The notes: generated from the sequence alone by a model not told the origin. Shown: positions 19,680 to 29,559, counted from the first letter of the stretch. The stretch: 64,000 nt of DNA from an uncultured Gemmatimonadales bacterium (GCA_963779755.1 CAVZZO010000001.1:1408001-1472000), one strand, 5' to 3'. Program-made: numbers and translations.

Positions 19680-20570
19680 CTAGCCGTGCGCGGACGACCC
19701 GGTCCGAATTGCGAGCTCCTGCATCAGTGAGCGAGTCTCGGGCTCGAGCACCCGTTCGTCGAAACGGCGGCGCCAGTCCCAGGCGGTGCCGGGCTCGATG
19801 CCCGTGTGCCGGTGGAACCCCGGGTCACCGATTCCCGCCGGGATGGGACGGGCCCGTTCTTCGGGATGGAGCATCGGTTCCACCAGCTCGATGCCGAGAG
19901 CGTCGCAGACGGTCTCGAGGGTGCGCCGCGGATGATGGACCAGCTCCTCGAAGCTTACCCGGCACTGCCGCTCCGGTGGTATATCCCCGAGAAAGGCACG
20001 GATGTTCCGCTGCTGCTGCCGCCAGCGGCGCTCGCGGGCGCGTGCCCGGCGCGGCAGCCCTCCGCCCACCGCGCGCTCGGCCACGTCGCGCACGCGGCGC
20101 ATGGCGCGCCACCAGCCGGGCCGCCGGCCGTCCTTGAGCCGCAGGTCGGAATCCACCACTGCGAGGGGGTGGCGCACCAGCCAGACATAGAACACGGCGA
20201 GGGGCCGGCTGCGCTCCAGGGCCTGGGGATCGGCGGCATAGGCCGGGGTCTTGTCCAGCAGCCAGCCGTCGGGCCGGATATGACGGAACAGCCAGTGGTA
20301 AACGCGCGTGGTGGACCAGCCGGCGCAGCGCGTGTCGATCTCGCCGCCGGTCTTCGGCTGCCCCACCAGGCGGAAGAACTGCTCCAGACTGCGCAGGGCG
20401 AGCGGCTTGGCGGCGCGCCAGGCGAGAAAATCGGGATATCGCAGGAGGAACAACTCCGGGGGAGCCACAATCCGCGGGTGGCCGCCGAGCATGACGCTGA
20501 GCAGGGTTGAGCCGGAGCGCTCACTGCTCAGCAGCAGCAGCAGCCGCCGGTCGTCGGGGGAGACGTGCAC
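19680..20570 (-). CDS. sulfotransferase family protein
   Basis: ERSGSTLL, HPRIVAPPE, LDKTP, LVRHPLAV, VSFEELV; GTG start 1 nt after upstream stop. Confidence 0.8.
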   Translation of the reverse strand: MHVSPDDRRLLLLLSSERSGSTLLSVMLGGHPRIVAPPELFLLRYPDFLAWRAAKPLALRSLEQFFRLVGQPKTGGEIDTRCAGWSTTRVYHWLFRHIRPDGWLLDKTPAYAADPQALERSRPLAVFYVWLVRHPLAVVDSDLRLKDGRRPGWWRAMRRVRDVAERAVGGGLPRRARARERRWRQQQRNIRAFLGDIPPERQCRVSFEELVHHPRRTLETVCDALGIELVEPMLHPEERARPIPAGIGDPGFHRHTGIEPGTAWDWRRRFDERVLEPETRSLMQELAIRTGSSAHG

Positions 20571-20571
20571 G

Positions 20572-21501
20572 TCAGGCCTGCTCCGCCGCCCGGCCCAGCC
20601 CGGCGGCTTCGATGAAGATCTGGTGCACGGTGGGAAACTCCCGGCGGATCTTCCGCTCGATCCGGCCCACCGCTTCGGCGACCTCCGTTGCCCGGATGCC
20701 GCGGCTGAATCCCAGCTCGATATTGACCAGGACCTGGTCGGGCCCCAGCTGCATGGTGAGCGGCGGCCGGGCGCGCTCGACCGCGGGGTCATCTTCGGCG
20801 ATCCGGCGAATCCCGCGTACCAGCCGCAGGTCGGCCGATTCGCCCAGAAGCAGGGCCCGCGACTCCCAGACCAGGAAAGACGCGACGCTGACCAGGATCG
20901 TCCCGATCAGGACCGAGGCGACGCCGTCCAGCGCCGGCATGCCGAGCTGCCGGCTCAGCAGCACGCCCAGAAAGGCGACGACGATGCCCGCGATGGCGGC
21001 GGAATCCTCCGCCAGCACCACGAAGACCCCCGGGTCCTTGCTGCCCCGGATGGCGTGCCAGACGCTTTCACCCGGCAACCGGGCGCGGAGCATCGCCCGC
21101 ATGGCGATCGTCCAGGAGGTGCCTTCGGAGACGAGCGCCACGCCCAGCACGACATAGTTCCACAGCGGATTGCCGGTCTCCAACGGGTGTGCCAAGTGAC
21201 GGATTCCCTCGTAGATGGACATGCCGCCGCCGGCAGCGAAGAGCAGCACCGCTACCAGCAGGCTCCAGAAATAGAGCTCCTTGCCGTGGCCGAAGGGGTG
21301 CCCTTCATCGGGCGGCTTCTGGCTGCGGTGAATGCCGAGCAGCAGCAGGCATTCGTTGCCCGTATCCACCAGCGAGTGAATCCCCTCCGACAGCATGGCG
21401 GAGCTACCGGAGATGAACGCCGCGATGAATTTCGCCGCGGCGATGACGAAGTTCGCCGCGATCGCGACATAGACGGTGACCCGGCTGTCCTGGCTCGCCA
21501 C
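20572..21501 (-). CDS. cation diffusion facilitator family transporter
   Basis: SGSSAMLSEGIHSLVD, HPFGHGKELYFW, EDSAA. Confidence 0.9.
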   Translation of the reverse strand: MASQDSRVTVYVAIAANFVIAAAKFIAAFISGSSAMLSEGIHSLVDTGNECLLLLGIHRSQKPPDEGHPFGHGKELYFWSLLVAVLLFAAGGGMSIYEGIRHLAHPLETGNPLWNYVVLGVALVSEGTSWTIAMRAMLRARLPGESVWHAIRGSKDPGVFVVLAEDSAAIAGIVVAFLGVLLSRQLGMPALDGVASVLIGTILVSVASFLVWESRALLLGESADLRLVRGIRRIAEDDPAVERARPPLTMQLGPDQVLVNIELGFSRGIRATEVAEAVGRIERKIRREFPTVHQIFIEAAGLGRAAEQA

Positions 21502-21502
21502 G

Positions 21503-22027
21503 TCAGTCCGGACTCAGGACGGCGGCGTCGTGGCTCTGCCGCCGGAGCAGCCAGAGGGCGACCTGCTCCAGGACTACCAGCACCGCGGTTACCGCCACTG
21601 CCAGCCCGAAGATGGCAACGTTGCTGGTGGAGCCGGCGCGCAGGGCGAAGCTCATGGCGGTGGATACGGCGGGCGGATGCGCCACATTGAGGGCGATCAT
21701 GCCGACGATCGTCAGTACCATGGCCAGCGCGGCGGGGATGTAGCCGTTTCCCAGCAGCAGGTAGGTCAGCAGCCCCAGCGTCGCGGCCAGCATCTGGGCG
21801 GACACCAGGGTCTTGACCTCGTTCATGCTGTGCTCGGGATCGAGGTAGATCAGGAATGCGCTCGATGCCAGCGAGGAGAAGAGCAGGCGCTGGCGGGTGA
21901 GGCCGTCCACCATGGCCAGCACGATGAGCACGGTGACCGTCGGCAGCAGGGCCAGCAGCAGCTCGCCCTTGAGGTCGAGCCGCCGGCGCAGGGACGTCCT
22001 GCCTCCCCGGCCCGTGGCCTTCTTCAC
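21503..22027 (-). CDS. HPP family membrane protein
   Basis: SLASSAFLIY, AHPPAVSTA motif, 4-5 TM; GTG start chosen. Confidence 0.82.
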   Translation of the reverse strand: MKKATGRGGRTSLRRRLDLKGELLLALLPTVTVLIVLAMVDGLTRQRLLFSSLASSAFLIYLDPEHSMNEVKTLVSAQMLAATLGLLTYLLLGNGYIPAALAMVLTIVGMIALNVAHPPAVSTAMSFALRAGSTSNVAIFGLAVAVTAVLVVLEQVALWLLRRQSHDAAVLSPD

Positions 22028-22031
22028 CGGC

Positions 22032-22787
22032 CTACTTTGCGGTCGCGCCGCCATCCACCACCAGCTCGGCCCCCGTGACCCAGCGGGACTCGTCCGAGGC
22101 CAGATACAGCACCGCCCAGGCGACATCCTCCGGCTCGCCGATATGGCCCAGGGGAAATTCCTCTCCCAGCTGCTCCAGAGTTTCTCCATAGAAACGGCCG
22201 CCCTGCTCCGCCATGCGGGTGCGGATATAGCCCGGGTGAATCGAATTCACCCGCACCCGGTCGGCGGCCAGCTCCACGGCGGCATCCTTGGTCATGATGC
22301 GCACCGCGCCCTTGCTGGCTCCGTAAGCGGTATGGCCTTCGGCGCCGACCAGCCCATCCATGGACGACATGTTGATGATGGAGCCCCCGCCCTGCGCCAC
22401 CATGGCCGGAGCGCAGGCGCGCATGCCCAGGAAGACGCCCCGGACGTTGGTGGCCAGGATGGCTTCGAGATCCTCCACCGAGGTCGTCGCCAGGTCGCGG
22501 ATCAGGTAGATACCGGCGTTGTTCACCAGCACATCGAGGTGGCCCCAGTGGCGACGGGCGTGCGTGATAACACGCCCCCAGTCGGCCTCGCTGCGTACAT
22601 CATGAAGCAGAAAGTCGGCCTCGCCCCCTTCGGCCCGGATAGCGGCGGCGGCGGCTTCGCCCTCGGACCCGGCAATATCGGTCAGCAGGACCGTGGCTCC
22701 CTCGCGGGCCAGGAGGGCCGCGGTGGCGCGGCCGATGCCCAGCGCCCCCCCGGTCACTACCACCACTTTGTCCTGAACCCGCCTCAT
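22032..22787 (-). CDS. SDR family oxidoreductase
   Basis: VTGGALGIG, NNAG, YGASK, VNSIHPG. Confidence 0.92.
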   Translation of the reverse strand: MRRVQDKVVVVTGGALGIGRATAALLAREGATVLLTDIAGSEGEAAAAAIRAEGGEADFLLHDVRSEADWGRVITHARRHWGHLDVLVNNAGIYLIRDLATTSVEDLEAILATNVRGVFLGMRACAPAMVAQGGGSIINMSSMDGLVGAEGHTAYGASKGAVRIMTKDAAVELAADRVRVNSIHPGYIRTRMAEQGGRFYGETLEQLGEEFPLGHIGEPEDVAWAVLYLASDESRWVTGAELVVDGGATAK

Positions 22788-22919
22788 GAGCCGGCCCCAT
22801 TGAGGAAAGAGGCCCCCACCATGGCGGCTGGCGGCCTTTCCTGCCGTGACCTCGCACACCCCAGGGCCGATGCCGGATGTATATGCTTCCCAACCGATTA
22901 CGCTCAGGTACCGGGGTGC

Positions 22920-22935
22920 CATACCTGAAAGTATG
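22920..22935. promoter_or_regulatory. candidate TetR operator CATAC-N6-GTATG
   Basis: Perfect 5-bp inverted repeat in the AT-rich region between divergent SDR and tetR; degenerate copy CATGC-N6-GTACG at 22963-22978. Confidence 0.45.
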
Positions 22936-22984
22936 TTATCTGTTCACAATGAAACTCCCGGCCATGCTTCTCCGTACGGGCAGC

Positions 22985-23545
22985 ATGAGCCGACAGCGGC
23001 AGGACTGGATTCGGGCGGGGACGGTCGCCTTGCGCCACGGCGGCGTGGGCGCCGTCCGGGTGGAGGCGCTGGCGCGGGAACTGGGTGTCACCAAGGGCAG
23101 TTTCTACTGGCATTTCCGCGACCGGGGCGAACTCCTCGAGGCGCTGCTCGCCGCTTGGGCCTCGGAGACGGACTGGCTGCTGGAAGAAGCCGCGGCGGCC
23201 ACGCATCCCACCGCCCGGCTGCGGCGGTTCTTCGAGTTGGCCTCCCGCTCCGACTACCCGCCCGACCTGGCCATCTTCGCCTGGGCCCGGCAGGATGAGT
23301 CGGTGGCCCGGCAGGCGCGGGAAGTCGAGGAGCGGCGCATTGCGTTTCTCGCCGCGCAGCTCCGGGCGCAGGGACTCGACCACTCGGCGGCCCGGGAGCG
23401 GGCCGAGCTGGGCTACCTCGCCACTCTGGGCTGGATCGAGCGGCGGCAGCGCACGGACGCCGAGCCGGCCGAGCTGGCGGGATTTGCCGACCTGGTGTTT
23501 CGACTGCTCACCTCTCCGGTACTGGTAAGCGAACCGGCCACCTGA
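22985..23545 (+). CDS. TetR/AcrR family transcriptional regulator
   Basis: VRVEALARELGVTKGSFYWHF HTH. Confidence 0.92.
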   Translation: MSRQRQDWIRAGTVALRHGGVGAVRVEALARELGVTKGSFYWHFRDRGELLEALLAAWASETDWLLEEAAAATHPTARLRRFFELASRSDYPPDLAIFAWARQDESVARQAREVEERRIAFLAAQLRAQGLDHSAARERAELGYLATLGWIERRQRTDAEPAELAGFADLVFRLLTSPVLVSEPAT

Positions 23546-23568
23546 CATCAACCGCGGAGCCACGATCC

Positions 23569-24621
23569 ATGCGACGGACCACCGCCGTAGCCCTGGCTGT
23601 ACTCCTGGCCCTTCCTTCTGCCGCAACGGCCCAGAGTGCGGCATCCCTCGACGGTGCCGCGCGCCGCGCCGTGATCGACAGTCTCACCCGGCGGCTCGAC
23701 TCGGTCTACGTGTTTCCCGAGGTGGCCCGGCAGCTGGGCAGCGCCCTGCGGGACCGCGCCCGGCACGGCGCCTACGACCGCTACGCCGATCCGGACAGTT
23801 TCGCCGCGGCGCTTACCCGGGATCTGCGGAGCCTGGGGCATGACGTGCACCTGGGCGTCGACTACAGCGCGGACCGGCTGGTCCCTTCGGCCGATTTCGA
23901 CAACGACAGCAGCCTGGCAGCGCGCCGCCGCGAGTGGGAGGTACTGCACAATTATGGCTTCCCCCGGGTGGAGATTCTGCCGGGGAACATCGGCTACCTC
24001 GCCATTACCAGCATGATGGACCCGGCCACCGGCGGGCCGACCGCCGCGGCCGCGATGAACTTCATCGCCCATACCGACGCCCTGATTCTCGATCTGCGCG
24101 AGAACCACGGCGGTTCCCCCGCGATGGTCGCCTTTCTGCTGAGCTATCTCTTCGACGGCAGGGTGCACCTCAACGACTTCGCCTGGCGCGGACAGGCCGA
24201 CCGGCAGCAGAGCTGGACGGTGCCCTATGTCCCGGGGCTCAGGTACGGCAACAGGCCGGTCTACGTGCTGACCAGCCGCCGGACGGTTTCGGCCGGGGAA
24301 GAATTCGCCTATGACCTGCAGGCGAACCGGCGGGCGACGATCATCGGGGAGGTGACGGCGGGCGGCGCCAATCCCGGCGGCATGGAGCGGCTGACCGACC
24401 ACTTCAAGGCCTTCATCCCGGTGGGTCGGGCCATCAACCCGGTGACCGGTACCAACTGGGAAGGCGTGGGTGTAATGCCCGACCGGGTAGTCCCAGCCGC
24501 GGCGGCGCTGATCGCCGCGCAGCGCGCGGCGCTGGATATGCTGTTCGCCTCCGGGCCGCCGGGACGGCGCGAACTGGTGCAGGAGGCCCGGCAGCGGTTG
24601 CAGCCGGCCGGGGGCCGGTGA
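23569..24621 (+). CDS. secreted S41 family peptidase
   Basis: Signal peptide; GNIGYL, DLRENHGG, TVSAGEEF, IGEVTAGGA, WEGVGVMPD. Confidence 0.9.
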   Translation: MRRTTAVALAVLLALPSAATAQSAASLDGAARRAVIDSLTRRLDSVYVFPEVARQLGSALRDRARHGAYDRYADPDSFAAALTRDLRSLGHDVHLGVDYSADRLVPSADFDNDSSLAARRREWEVLHNYGFPRVEILPGNIGYLAITSMMDPATGGPTAAAAMNFIAHTDALILDLRENHGGSPAMVAFLLSYLFDGRVHLNDFAWRGQADRQQSWTVPYVPGLRYGNRPVYVLTSRRTVSAGEEFAYDLQANRRATIIGEVTAGGANPGGMERLTDHFKAFIPVGRAINPVTGTNWEGVGVMPDRVVPAAAALIAAQRAALDMLFASGPPGRRELVQEARQRLQPAGGR

Positions 24622-24624
24622 CGC

Positions 24625-24801
24625 TCAGGGGCTGCGTCTGGGCCGGCGGACCAGCTCGCCGCCGCAATTGGGGCAGACGCCCTTGTGGTTGCGGGTGCAA
24701 GCGGGACAGAAAGTGCATTCGTAGGAGCAGATGAACGCCTCGCTATCGGGAGCGAGCGGCGTCTCGCACTTCTCGCAGATGCTTCGCATTTCGAGTGGCA
24801 T
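24625..24801 (-). CDS. DUF1272 family small Cys-rich protein
   Basis: MPLEMRSICEKC...ICSYECTFCPAC...CPNCGGELVRRP. Confidence 0.88.
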   Translation of the reverse strand: MPLEMRSICEKCETPLAPDSEAFICSYECTFCPACTRNHKGVCPNCGGELVRRPRRSP

Positions 24802-24952
24802 GGGATCTCGGCTCGCGATGGCCGGCGAGCCACGGCACGAGGTTGAACAGAATGGGCGGTTCCGGCGGCGCCGGCTCATGCTCTGGCGATGCGCCGAAGT
24901 CCGCCCAGCCGGCCCGAGGAGATGTCGCGCCTGGCTGCCTTAGATTGAAGAT

Positions 24953-26257
24953 ATGCGCTCCGTCAGTGATCGGGCGACCGTCCTGGTGGCGATTGTGCTG
25001 CTGGGGGGTGCCTGTACCAGGACGGCCCCTCCGGGGCCGGCGGTGGCCGAGCCGGCGTGCCTGCTGCAGCCCGGGGCGGCCGACACTCCGGATACGATAA
25101 CCCTCGGGGTGACGGACTCCCTGCACCGTTCCGATGCTCCCCGGGCACAAAACCATGCCGAGCGGCTGGTCTTCGGCCTGCTGTATCCCGGGCTGGTTCG
25201 GCTCGATTGCCAGGGCCGCCTGATGCCCGGTCTGGCAGCGCGGTGGACGGGCGGGGCGAACATCTGGTCGCTCCAGCTGGCCGGGGACGCGCATTTCACC
25301 GACAGTGTCCCGCTCACGCCCCAACGCGTAGCCGCTTCGTGGCTGCAGGCCGGGGCCGGCGCGCTGGCGGGGCTGCGATTCGAGGCAACGACTCCCAGCG
25401 ATTCGGGCACCCTGGTACTCGGACTGGACATCCCGAGTGACTCCCTGCCGGCCTTCCTGGCAGCCGGGGCGCTGGCGCCGGTGCTTCCAGTCGCCGGCGG
25501 GTGGCCCCTGGGGGCGGGAGCGTACCGCATCATCCAGGATTCCGGCGGTCTGCTCCTGGTACCGGGGCGGGAGTACACGCGGTTCCCGGTGCTTCGCGTC
25601 CGGATGGCGCCCGGTGCCGACCCGCGCGACCTGCTGGATGCCGGCGTGCAGCTGCTGGTGACCGACGATCCCGCGACGATCGACTATGCCCTGGCGCACG
25701 ACTCGCTCGCGACGGTGCCACTCCCCTGGAACCGGGTTTATGTGCTGATCCTCCCCCAGGCGCTGGTCCAGGGGGCCGCGCCGGGGGAACTGCGCCGGGC
25801 GCTCGCCGGCGATGCGGTGCGGGTGGAGGCACGGGCTGCCCGCGACTCGCTGCCGCTGCGCTCCGGCGGGGCCGGTCCGGCGCGACGGGGCGCGACGCCC
25901 CGGGTGGTGTATCCGGCGACCGATCCTACCGCGGGTGAGCTGGCGCGCCGGCTGGTTTCGCTCGCCTCCCGTGCCGGGGGCGACACGGCCTCGTCCTGGG
26001 CCGCCCATGCGCTGCCGGGCGGACCATCGCTGGTGGCGGTGGGCCTGCAGCCCGAGCAGTTCGCCCGTGCCCTGGCGCGGGGAGACGCTGCCGGATATGT
26101 GGCCAGCCGCGATCTGCTGTTACCGGCCCCCCCGCCGGGGGGAGGTGTCGCGGTGCCGCTCATCGAAACCCGCTCCAGGGCGATCGTCCGTGCCGGCACG
26201 GGCGGTTTCGAGATCCAGGGCGACGGCACGCTCCGGGTCCGCGGGACGACCCCATGA
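24953..26257 (+). CDS. lipoprotein with divergent family-5 solute-binding-protein fold
   Basis: LLGGAC lipobox; LVFGLLYPGLVRLDCQGRLMPGLAARW...AHFTDSVPLT matches the SBP_bac_5 N-terminus; PLGAGAYRI; no permease genes nearby. Confidence 0.7.
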   Translation: MRSVSDRATVLVAIVLLGGACTRTAPPGPAVAEPACLLQPGAADTPDTITLGVTDSLHRSDAPRAQNHAERLVFGLLYPGLVRLDCQGRLMPGLAARWTGGANIWSLQLAGDAHFTDSVPLTPQRVAASWLQAGAGALAGLRFEATTPSDSGTLVLGLDIPSDSLPAFLAAGALAPVLPVAGGWPLGAGAYRIIQDSGGLLLVPGREYTRFPVLRVRMAPGADPRDLLDAGVQLLVTDDPATIDYALAHDSLATVPLPWNRVYVLILPQALVQGAAPGELRRALAGDAVRVEARAARDSLPLRSGGAGPARRGATPRVVYPATDPTAGELARRLVSLASRAGGDTASSWAAHALPGGPSLVAVGLQPEQFARALARGDAAGYVASRDLLLPAPPPGGGVAVPLIETRSRAIVRAGTGGFEIQGDGTLRVRGTTP

Positions 26258-27981
26258 GTTTCCGTGCGCGCCTGTTTGCCGGGTTCCTGATCGCGGTCAT
26301 GATCCCGCTGGGGCTGTTCGCGGTGGGGGTGCGGCAGACCATGTCGCGCCGGCTGGTAGAGCAATACCGGGCGGGCACCGCCGCGCTGGCGGCCTCGGCC
26401 GCGGGCGAGCTGCAGCGCCAGGGCCAGGAGATTGCCGGCCGCCTCTCCGCCATCGCGGGGCGGTTGAGCGAGGACAACCGTTTCCGTCTCGGGTTGCTGG
26501 ATTCGACCGCGCCCGACCGGCGCTACCTGCTGGATTACGCCGGCGCGGCCATGCGCGCCACCGGTCTCCACCTGCTGCAGATCCAGGATGCCGACGGCCG
26601 CATTCTGAGCTCGGGGCAGTTCCGGAACGATTACGACCGGCTCGATCCCGGTCTGCCGCGGTCTCTGGCTCGCAGCTCCGGACCGGCGGTGGTCGAGGCC
26701 CGGACGGCGGAAGCGCCGTTCCTGGCGCTGGCCCGGGTGGATTCGGCGAGGGTGGCGGGCCGGAGCCTCTATCTGGTCGGCGGGATCCAACTCGACCGCG
26801 ATATCCTTGCCGGGCTCACCCGCGATTCGGTCCTGACGGTCTCGCTGATCGCGCCGGGCCATGTCATCTCGCCCGATCCCCGGCTGCAGGCCGCGCTGGA
26901 TTCGTCCGCCAGGCCGGGGACTATCCCCGGCGACCGGATCGCCAGCCGCTTCGCGCTGCCGTACCTGTCTCAGCCTGCGCCGGCCAGCGTGTCCGACTCC
27001 GCTCTGCTGCTGGTGACCCAATCTCTCGGGCCGGTCGCAGCGCTGCGGCGGCAGACCGATCTCTGGTTTGCGGCGGCCGTGGGGTTGGCGGCCCTGCTGG
27101 GGCTGCTGGTGGCGGGATGGCTCTCCGGCCGGGTGAGCGCCCCCCTGCGCGAGCTGGCGGCGCGGACCGCGAGGCTGGATCTGGAACAGCTGGATCAGGA
27201 CTTCACGCTCGACCGTGCCGATGAAATCGGCGCGCTCTCCCGGGTGCTGGGCGACATGGCCCAGCGGCTGCGGGGCGACATGATCCGGCTGCGCGAGGTA
27301 GAGCGCCGGGCGACGGTGGGAGACCTGGCGCGCCAGGTGAATCACGATATCAAGAACGGCCTCATCCCCATCCGGAACGTGCTGCGCCACCTGGAACAGG
27401 TTGCCCGGGAGCATCCCGAGACCCTGGCCGCGGTGCTGCAGGAGCGGCAGGAGACGCTGCATGCGTCGGTCGCCTACCTCGAGACCCTGGCCCGCAACTA
27501 CGCCCGCCTGACGCCGGCGGCCAGCGGGGTGGCCTGCGACCTCAACCCGCTGGCGGCCCAGATTGCGCGCGACGCGGCGCGGCCCGGCATACAATTCGAT
27601 CTCCGGCTGTCGGAGCGGCCCGCGGTGGTGGCCGCGGATAGTGTGGTCGCGCGGCGGGTGGCGGAAAATCTGATCGGGAATGCGGTGGACAGTCTGGACG
27701 GCCGAGGCGGTACGGTGGGAGTGTTCACCGAGCATGTCCACGGAGCGGACGGCGGCCCGCTGGTGCGCCTGACGGTCGCCGACTCGGGCCGGGGCATGAC
27801 GCGGGAAGAGCTCAACCGCGCCTTCGACGACTTTTATACCACGAAAGAGACCGGCACGGGGCTGGGCCTCAGCATCGTGCGCCGGTTGGTGCTCGATCTG
27901 CACGGTGCGCTGCGCGTGGAGACGGAGCCGGGGCAGGGAAGCCGGTTCATTGTGGAGCTGCCATCGGCGACGACCCTGTGA
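26254..27981 (+). CDS. HAMP-domain sensor histidine kinase (NtrY-like)
   Basis: Two TM, HAMP (DEIGAL), H-box NHDIKN, N-box NLIGNAVD, DSGRGM, GTGLGL. Confidence 0.92.
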   Translation: MSFRARLFAGFLIAVMIPLGLFAVGVRQTMSRRLVEQYRAGTAALAASAAGELQRQGQEIAGRLSAIAGRLSEDNRFRLGLLDSTAPDRRYLLDYAGAAMRATGLHLLQIQDADGRILSSGQFRNDYDRLDPGLPRSLARSSGPAVVEARTAEAPFLALARVDSARVAGRSLYLVGGIQLDRDILAGLTRDSVLTVSLIAPGHVISPDPRLQAALDSSARPGTIPGDRIASRFALPYLSQPAPASVSDSALLLVTQSLGPVAALRRQTDLWFAAAVGLAALLGLLVAGWLSGRVSAPLRELAARTARLDLEQLDQDFTLDRADEIGALSRVLGDMAQRLRGDMIRLREVERRATVGDLARQVNHDIKNGLIPIRNVLRHLEQVAREHPETLAAVLQERQETLHASVAYLETLARNYARLTPAASGVACDLNPLAAQIARDAARPGIQFDLRLSERPAVVAADSVVARRVAENLIGNAVDSLDGRGGTVGVFTEHVHGADGGPLVRLTVADSGRGMTREELNRAFDDFYTTKETGTGLGLSIVRRLVLDLHGALRVETEPGQGSRFIVELPSATTL

Positions 27982-27997
27982 GTAGGCGGAGGGGGCA

Positions 27998-28041
27998 GTC
28001 CTTCTCCCGTCCTTTTCCCGTCCTTTTCCCGTCTTTTCTTT
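27998..28041 (+). repeat. tandem 11-mer GTCCTTYTCCC x3 plus degenerate copy
   Basis: Read directly; fills the HK-RR intergenic gap. Confidence 0.85.
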
Positions 28042-28063
28042 CGCCTTTCTTCCGGTACCTGCC

Positions 28064-29482
28064 GTGACCCTGATTCTCATCGTTGACGATGTTCCCGCGA
28101 TGGCGGAGCAGTATGCCTACGACCTGCGGCGGATCGGCGGCTATGACGTTCTGACCGCGCCGGGGGGCGAGGCGGCCCTGGACCTGCTCACGCTGGAGCC
28201 GGTGGATGCCATGGTGCTGGACCTGGAAATGCCGGGGCTGGACGGGTTCGGGGTGCTGCGCGCCATGCGGCAGCGCGCCATCGGAACGCCGGTCGTGGTC
28301 TATACCGGCACCGGGAACTTCGACCGTTGCGTCCAGGCGGTGAAGCTCGGCGCCTACGGGTTCATTGACAAGGCGGAGCCGGTCGAACGAGTGGTGCAGG
28401 AGATCGAAAGCGCGATCGACCGGAAGCGGCTGGAAGACGAAGTAGGCATGCTGCGGCGGCGCATGGTGGGCGAGGGCGCGCTGGTCGGCGACAGCCCCGC
28501 CATGCAGCGGCTGCGCGAGACCCTGGCGAGGCTGGCCCCGATCCCCAGCCCCGTGCTGGTCCTGGGAGAAAGCGGTACAGGCAAGGAGCTGGCCGCGCAC
28601 GAGCTGCACCGGTTGGGGTCCACTCCATCGGCACCCTTCATCGCGGTCAACTGTGCGGCGCTGCCGGAGCAACTGGTGGAGAGCGAGCTCTTCGGCCACG
28701 AGCGGGGGGCCTTCACCGGCGCCGCGGCCCTGCGGAAGGGTGCCTTCGAGGCGGCGGGAAAGGGCACGCTCTTCCTGGACGAGATCGGCGAGCTGCCGCT
28801 CGCGGCCCAGGCCAAGCTGCTGCGGGTGCTGGAGGAGCGCCAGGTGACGCGGCTGGGCGGCACGCGGACGGTTCCGGTCCAGGCCCGCGTGGTGGCCGCC
28901 ACCAACCGCGAGCTGGGCCAGGAAGTGGCCGAAGGCCGCTTCAGGAAGGACCTCCTTTACCGGCTCAACGTGCACACGGTGACGCTGCCGCCGCTCGACG
29001 AGCGCCGGTCGGATATTCCGCGGCTGGCGGAGCGTTTCCTGGAGAGTATCTGCGGCCGGTTCGGCATGCGGGCAAAGCGGCTATCGCCCGAGGCGCTGGC
29101 CGCGCTGATGGAATACGGCTGGCGGCAGAACAACGTGCGCGAGCTGCGCAACGTGATCGAGCGCATGATCCTCGCGGCCGACGGCGATGTCATCGGTGCC
29201 GATTGCGTTCCCGACGACATCGGGGGCGGCGCGCCCCCTCCCCGCGGTGAGGCTCGCACGTACCAGGAGCGCCGGGCCGAAGCCGAACGCCGGATCCTGC
29301 TGGAGGCGCTGGAGGAGAACGAGTGGCAGATCACGCGGACGGCCAGGGAACTGGGGCTGGCGGATCACTCCAGCCTGCTGAAGATCATGCGGAGATTGGG
29401 GGTGGAGAAAAGGAGTGAGGAGGTGAGGAGTGGGGAGAGAGGAGTGAGGAACGAGGAACGAGGAACGAGGAACGAGGACTGA
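28064..29482 (+). CDS. sigma54-dependent response regulator (NtrC-family bEBP)
   Basis: REC (IVDD, LDLEMPG), GESGTGKE, ESELFGHERGAFTGA, FLDEIGE, C-terminal HTH. Confidence 0.95.
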   Translation: MTLILIVDDVPAMAEQYAYDLRRIGGYDVLTAPGGEAALDLLTLEPVDAMVLDLEMPGLDGFGVLRAMRQRAIGTPVVVYTGTGNFDRCVQAVKLGAYGFIDKAEPVERVVQEIESAIDRKRLEDEVGMLRRRMVGEGALVGDSPAMQRLRETLARLAPIPSPVLVLGESGTGKELAAHELHRLGSTPSAPFIAVNCAALPEQLVESELFGHERGAFTGAAALRKGAFEAAGKGTLFLDEIGELPLAAQAKLLRVLEERQVTRLGGTRTVPVQARVVAATNRELGQEVAEGRFRKDLLYRLNVHTVTLPPLDERRSDIPRLAERFLESICGRFGMRAKRLSPEALAALMEYGWRQNNVRELRNVIERMILAADGDVIGADCVPDDIGGGAPPPRGEARTYQERRAEAERRILLEALEENEWQITRTARELGLADHSSLLKIMRRLGVEKRSEEVRSGERGVRNEERGTRNED

Positions 29483-29501
29483 GGAATGAGGACTGAGGAA
29501 T
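29439..29501 (+). repeat. tandem heptamer array GAGGA(GT/AC/CT/AT) x9
   Basis: GAGGAGT, GAGGAAC x4, GAGGACT, GAGGAAT, GAGGACT, GAGGAAT; spans the RR stop codon. Confidence 0.92.
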
Positions 29502-29505
29502 GCGT

Positions 29506-29559
29506 GATCGTGTACGGACGGACACGATCGGTGGTTCGGCTCCGTGTCCGGCCGCACAC
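29506..29559. promoter_or_regulatory. two candidate bEBP enhancer boxes GTGT-N8-ACAC
   Basis: GATCGTGT-N8-ACACGATC (29506-29529) and GTGT-N8-ACAC (29544-29559), 34 bp apart. Confidence 0.65.

Noticed and set aside
25738..28080. 780-aa minus-strand ORF opposite the histidine kinase
   Set aside because: Antisense shadow; its start region is just the 11-mer repeat.
29439..29501. Tandem arrays as CRISPR repeats
   Set aside because: Units are 7-11 bp and contiguous with no unique spacers; no cas genes.
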